Below, one piece after another: positions 13,545-15,017 of a stretch of DNA of 15,017 nucleotides (position 1 is its first letter; every line of letters begins with the position of its first letter). Made by a program: the position numbers and the translations under genes. Source of the stretch: Candidatus Parvarchaeum sp. (GTDB lineage Archaea; Nanobdellota; Nanobdellia; Parvarchaeales; Parvarchaeaceae); contig JBMFWF010000003.1 of assembly GCA_049965555.1 (NCBI GenBank), positions 63,572 to 78,588 on the forward strand, read 5' to 3'. The notes under the pieces are model-generated. The model did not search any database and was not told the origin of the DNA. It worked only from the letters and a program-made list of their open reading frames with translations.

Positions 13545-14759
13545 ATGAATAATATGGACATAGAAAAAATACGGGAGGATTTTCCAATTTTGTCTAAAAA
13601 AATAAACGGGAGCCCATTGATATACTTAGATAATGCAGCGACTTCGCAGAAGCCTTCTGTAGTAATAGACGGCATAAAATACTTTTATGAGAATCTAAAT
13701 GCAAACCCAATAAGAAGCATACACCACTTAGCAGAAGAAGCTACAAAAGCCTACAATGAAGCAAGAGAAAAAGTTGCAAAATTCATAAATGCCGATCCAG
13801 AAGAGATAGTCTTTGTAAGAAATGCGACAGAAGCTATAAATCTGGTTTCCTTTGCTTTTCCGTTTAAAGAGGGAGATGGGGTTTCAACTACCTATATGGA
13901 ACACCATTCAAATCTTCTCCCATGGCTTCGTTTAAAAGAGAAGGGCATAAATGTTGACGTTGTTTCAATTTCCGATGATTATGAATTAGACCTGGATTAT
14001 TATAAACAGCTGCCTAAAAATACAAGGCTAGTTGCAGTAACTCACGTTTCAAATGTTACCGGTACAATAAATGATGTTAAGGAGATAACAAGGCTTTCTC
14101 ATGAACAAGGTTCTTTGGCTCTTGTAGATGCTGCACAGTCTATACCTCACATGCCGTTTGACGTTAAGGATATCGATGCGGATTTCGTTGCATTTTCCGG
14201 CCATAAAATGCTCGGCCCTTTTGGTATCGGAGTTTTATACATAAAAAAAGACATAGCTGAAAATTTAAAGCCATTTTTGACAGGCGGCGAAATGATAAAG
14301 GATGTCAGCCTGGCAAAGGTTATCTATGAGAATGCACCAAATCTCTTTGAAGCAGGCACGCAGAATGTAGAAGGGGCTTATGGGCTCGGATTAGCAGTCG
14401 ATTATCTAAACAAGATAGGTATGGAAAATGTAGAAAAATACGAAAATGAGCTCACTAACTACTTATATGAAAGAGCGAAAGAACTTAAAAACGTAGAAGT
14501 ATACAGCGGTAAAAGTAAAAGATTCAGTGGCGTATTCTCGTTTAATGTAATTGGATTGCATTCACATGATACTGCTTATCTGCTAGATAAAAAAGGCATT
14601 GCAATAAGATCAGGCTTTCACTGTGCCCAGCCGCTGATAGAAGAAAGATTAAAATTGGACGGGGCGGCAAGAGCAAGCCTTTACTTTTATAATACTAAAG
14701 AAGAGATAGACACTTTCATAAATGAATTAAACAGCATAGCAGTGAAATATGGAAGATGA
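13545..14759 (+). CDS. sufS: Cysteine desulfurase, SufS (group II) family
   Basis: IYLDNAATSQKP; MEHHSN; DAAQS; PLP-lysine FSGHKMLGP; FEAGT; catalytic Cys motif RSGFHCAQP; RASLYFYNT. Confidence 0.97.
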   Translation: MNNMDIEKIREDFPILSKKINGSPLIYLDNAATSQKPSVVIDGIKYFYENLNANPIRSIHHLAEEATKAYNEAREKVAKFINADPEEIVFVRNATEAINLVSFAFPFKEGDGVSTTYMEHHSNLLPWLRLKEKGINVDVVSISDDYELDLDYYKQLPKNTRLVAVTHVSNVTGTINDVKEITRLSHEQGSLALVDAAQSIPHMPFDVKDIDADFVAFSGHKMLGPFGIGVLYIKKDIAENLKPFLTGGEMIKDVSLAKVIYENAPNLFEAGTQNVEGAYGLGLAVDYLNKIGMENVEKYENELTNYLYERAKELKNVEVYSGKSKRFSGVFSFNVIGLHSHDTAYLLDKKGIAIRSGFHCAQPLIEERLKLDGAARASLYFYNTKEEIDTFINELNSIAVKYGR

Positions 14760-15017
14760 TAAATTTTATGAATTGGTAGAGCTTTACAGGAACCCAGAAC
14801 ATTATGGCAAAATAGACAAGTATAACTATTCTGAAAACGGTTACTCACCTTCATGTGGCGATAAGTTTTCGATTTATTTAGACGTTGAAAATGGAATAGT
14901 AAAGGATGCTTCTTTTGATGGTAAAGGCTGCGTTATATCAACAGTTTCACTTTCAAAGCTATGTGGTTTTTTGATCGGCAAACCTTTGAAGGAGATTGAA
15001 AAAATAGGACTCAAAGA
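14749..15017 (+). CDS. sufU: SufU/IscU (NifU-N) Fe-S assembly scaffold or sulfur-acceptor protein; 3' end runs off the window
   Basis: Manual translation from ATG 14749 (11-bp overlap with sufS): MEDDKFYELVELYRNPEHYGKIDKYNYSENGYSPSCGDKFSIYLDVENGIVKDASFDGKGCVISTVSLS...; NP..YG, P-x-CGD and F.G.GC.IS motifs. Confidence 0.93.
   Translation, partial: MEDDKFYELVELYRNPEHYGKIDKYNYSENGYSPSCGDKFSIYLDVENGIVKDASFDGKGCVISTVSLSKLCGFLIGKPLKEIEKIGLK

Overview
AT-rich, gene-dense archaeal chromosome segment. Evidence for an archaeon: Orc1/Cdc6 with ORB repeats, TATA/BRE promoters just upstream of start codons, and a class III signal peptide pilin. The gene mix suggests a small acidophilic DPANN archaeon such as Parvarchaeota (inference). 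The window is centred on a replication origin (about 8921-9138: three full ORBs and a mini-ORB around an AT-rich unwinding element) directly upstream of cdc6. Left of the origin all genes are on the minus strand: (1) an uncharacterised, tightly coupled three-gene unit encoding a 730-aa glycine-rich surface protein with many N-glycosylation sequons, a coiled-coil/Zn-finger/winged-helix protein and a HerA/VirB4/FtsK-superfamily ATPase; (2) a small membrane protein; (3) a Cys-rich pilin-like protein; (4) a DeoC-fold protein apparently lacking its catalytic lysine; (5) a Sulfolobales-type SoxL Rieske plus SoxN-like cytochrome b pair, truncated by the window edge. Right of cdc6 are three small hypotheticals (one DUF5752-like), a ferritin-like/VIT1 fusion transporter, NAD(P)HX epimerase, sufS and a truncated sufU. 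No tRNA, rRNA, CRISPR array or transposase was seen.
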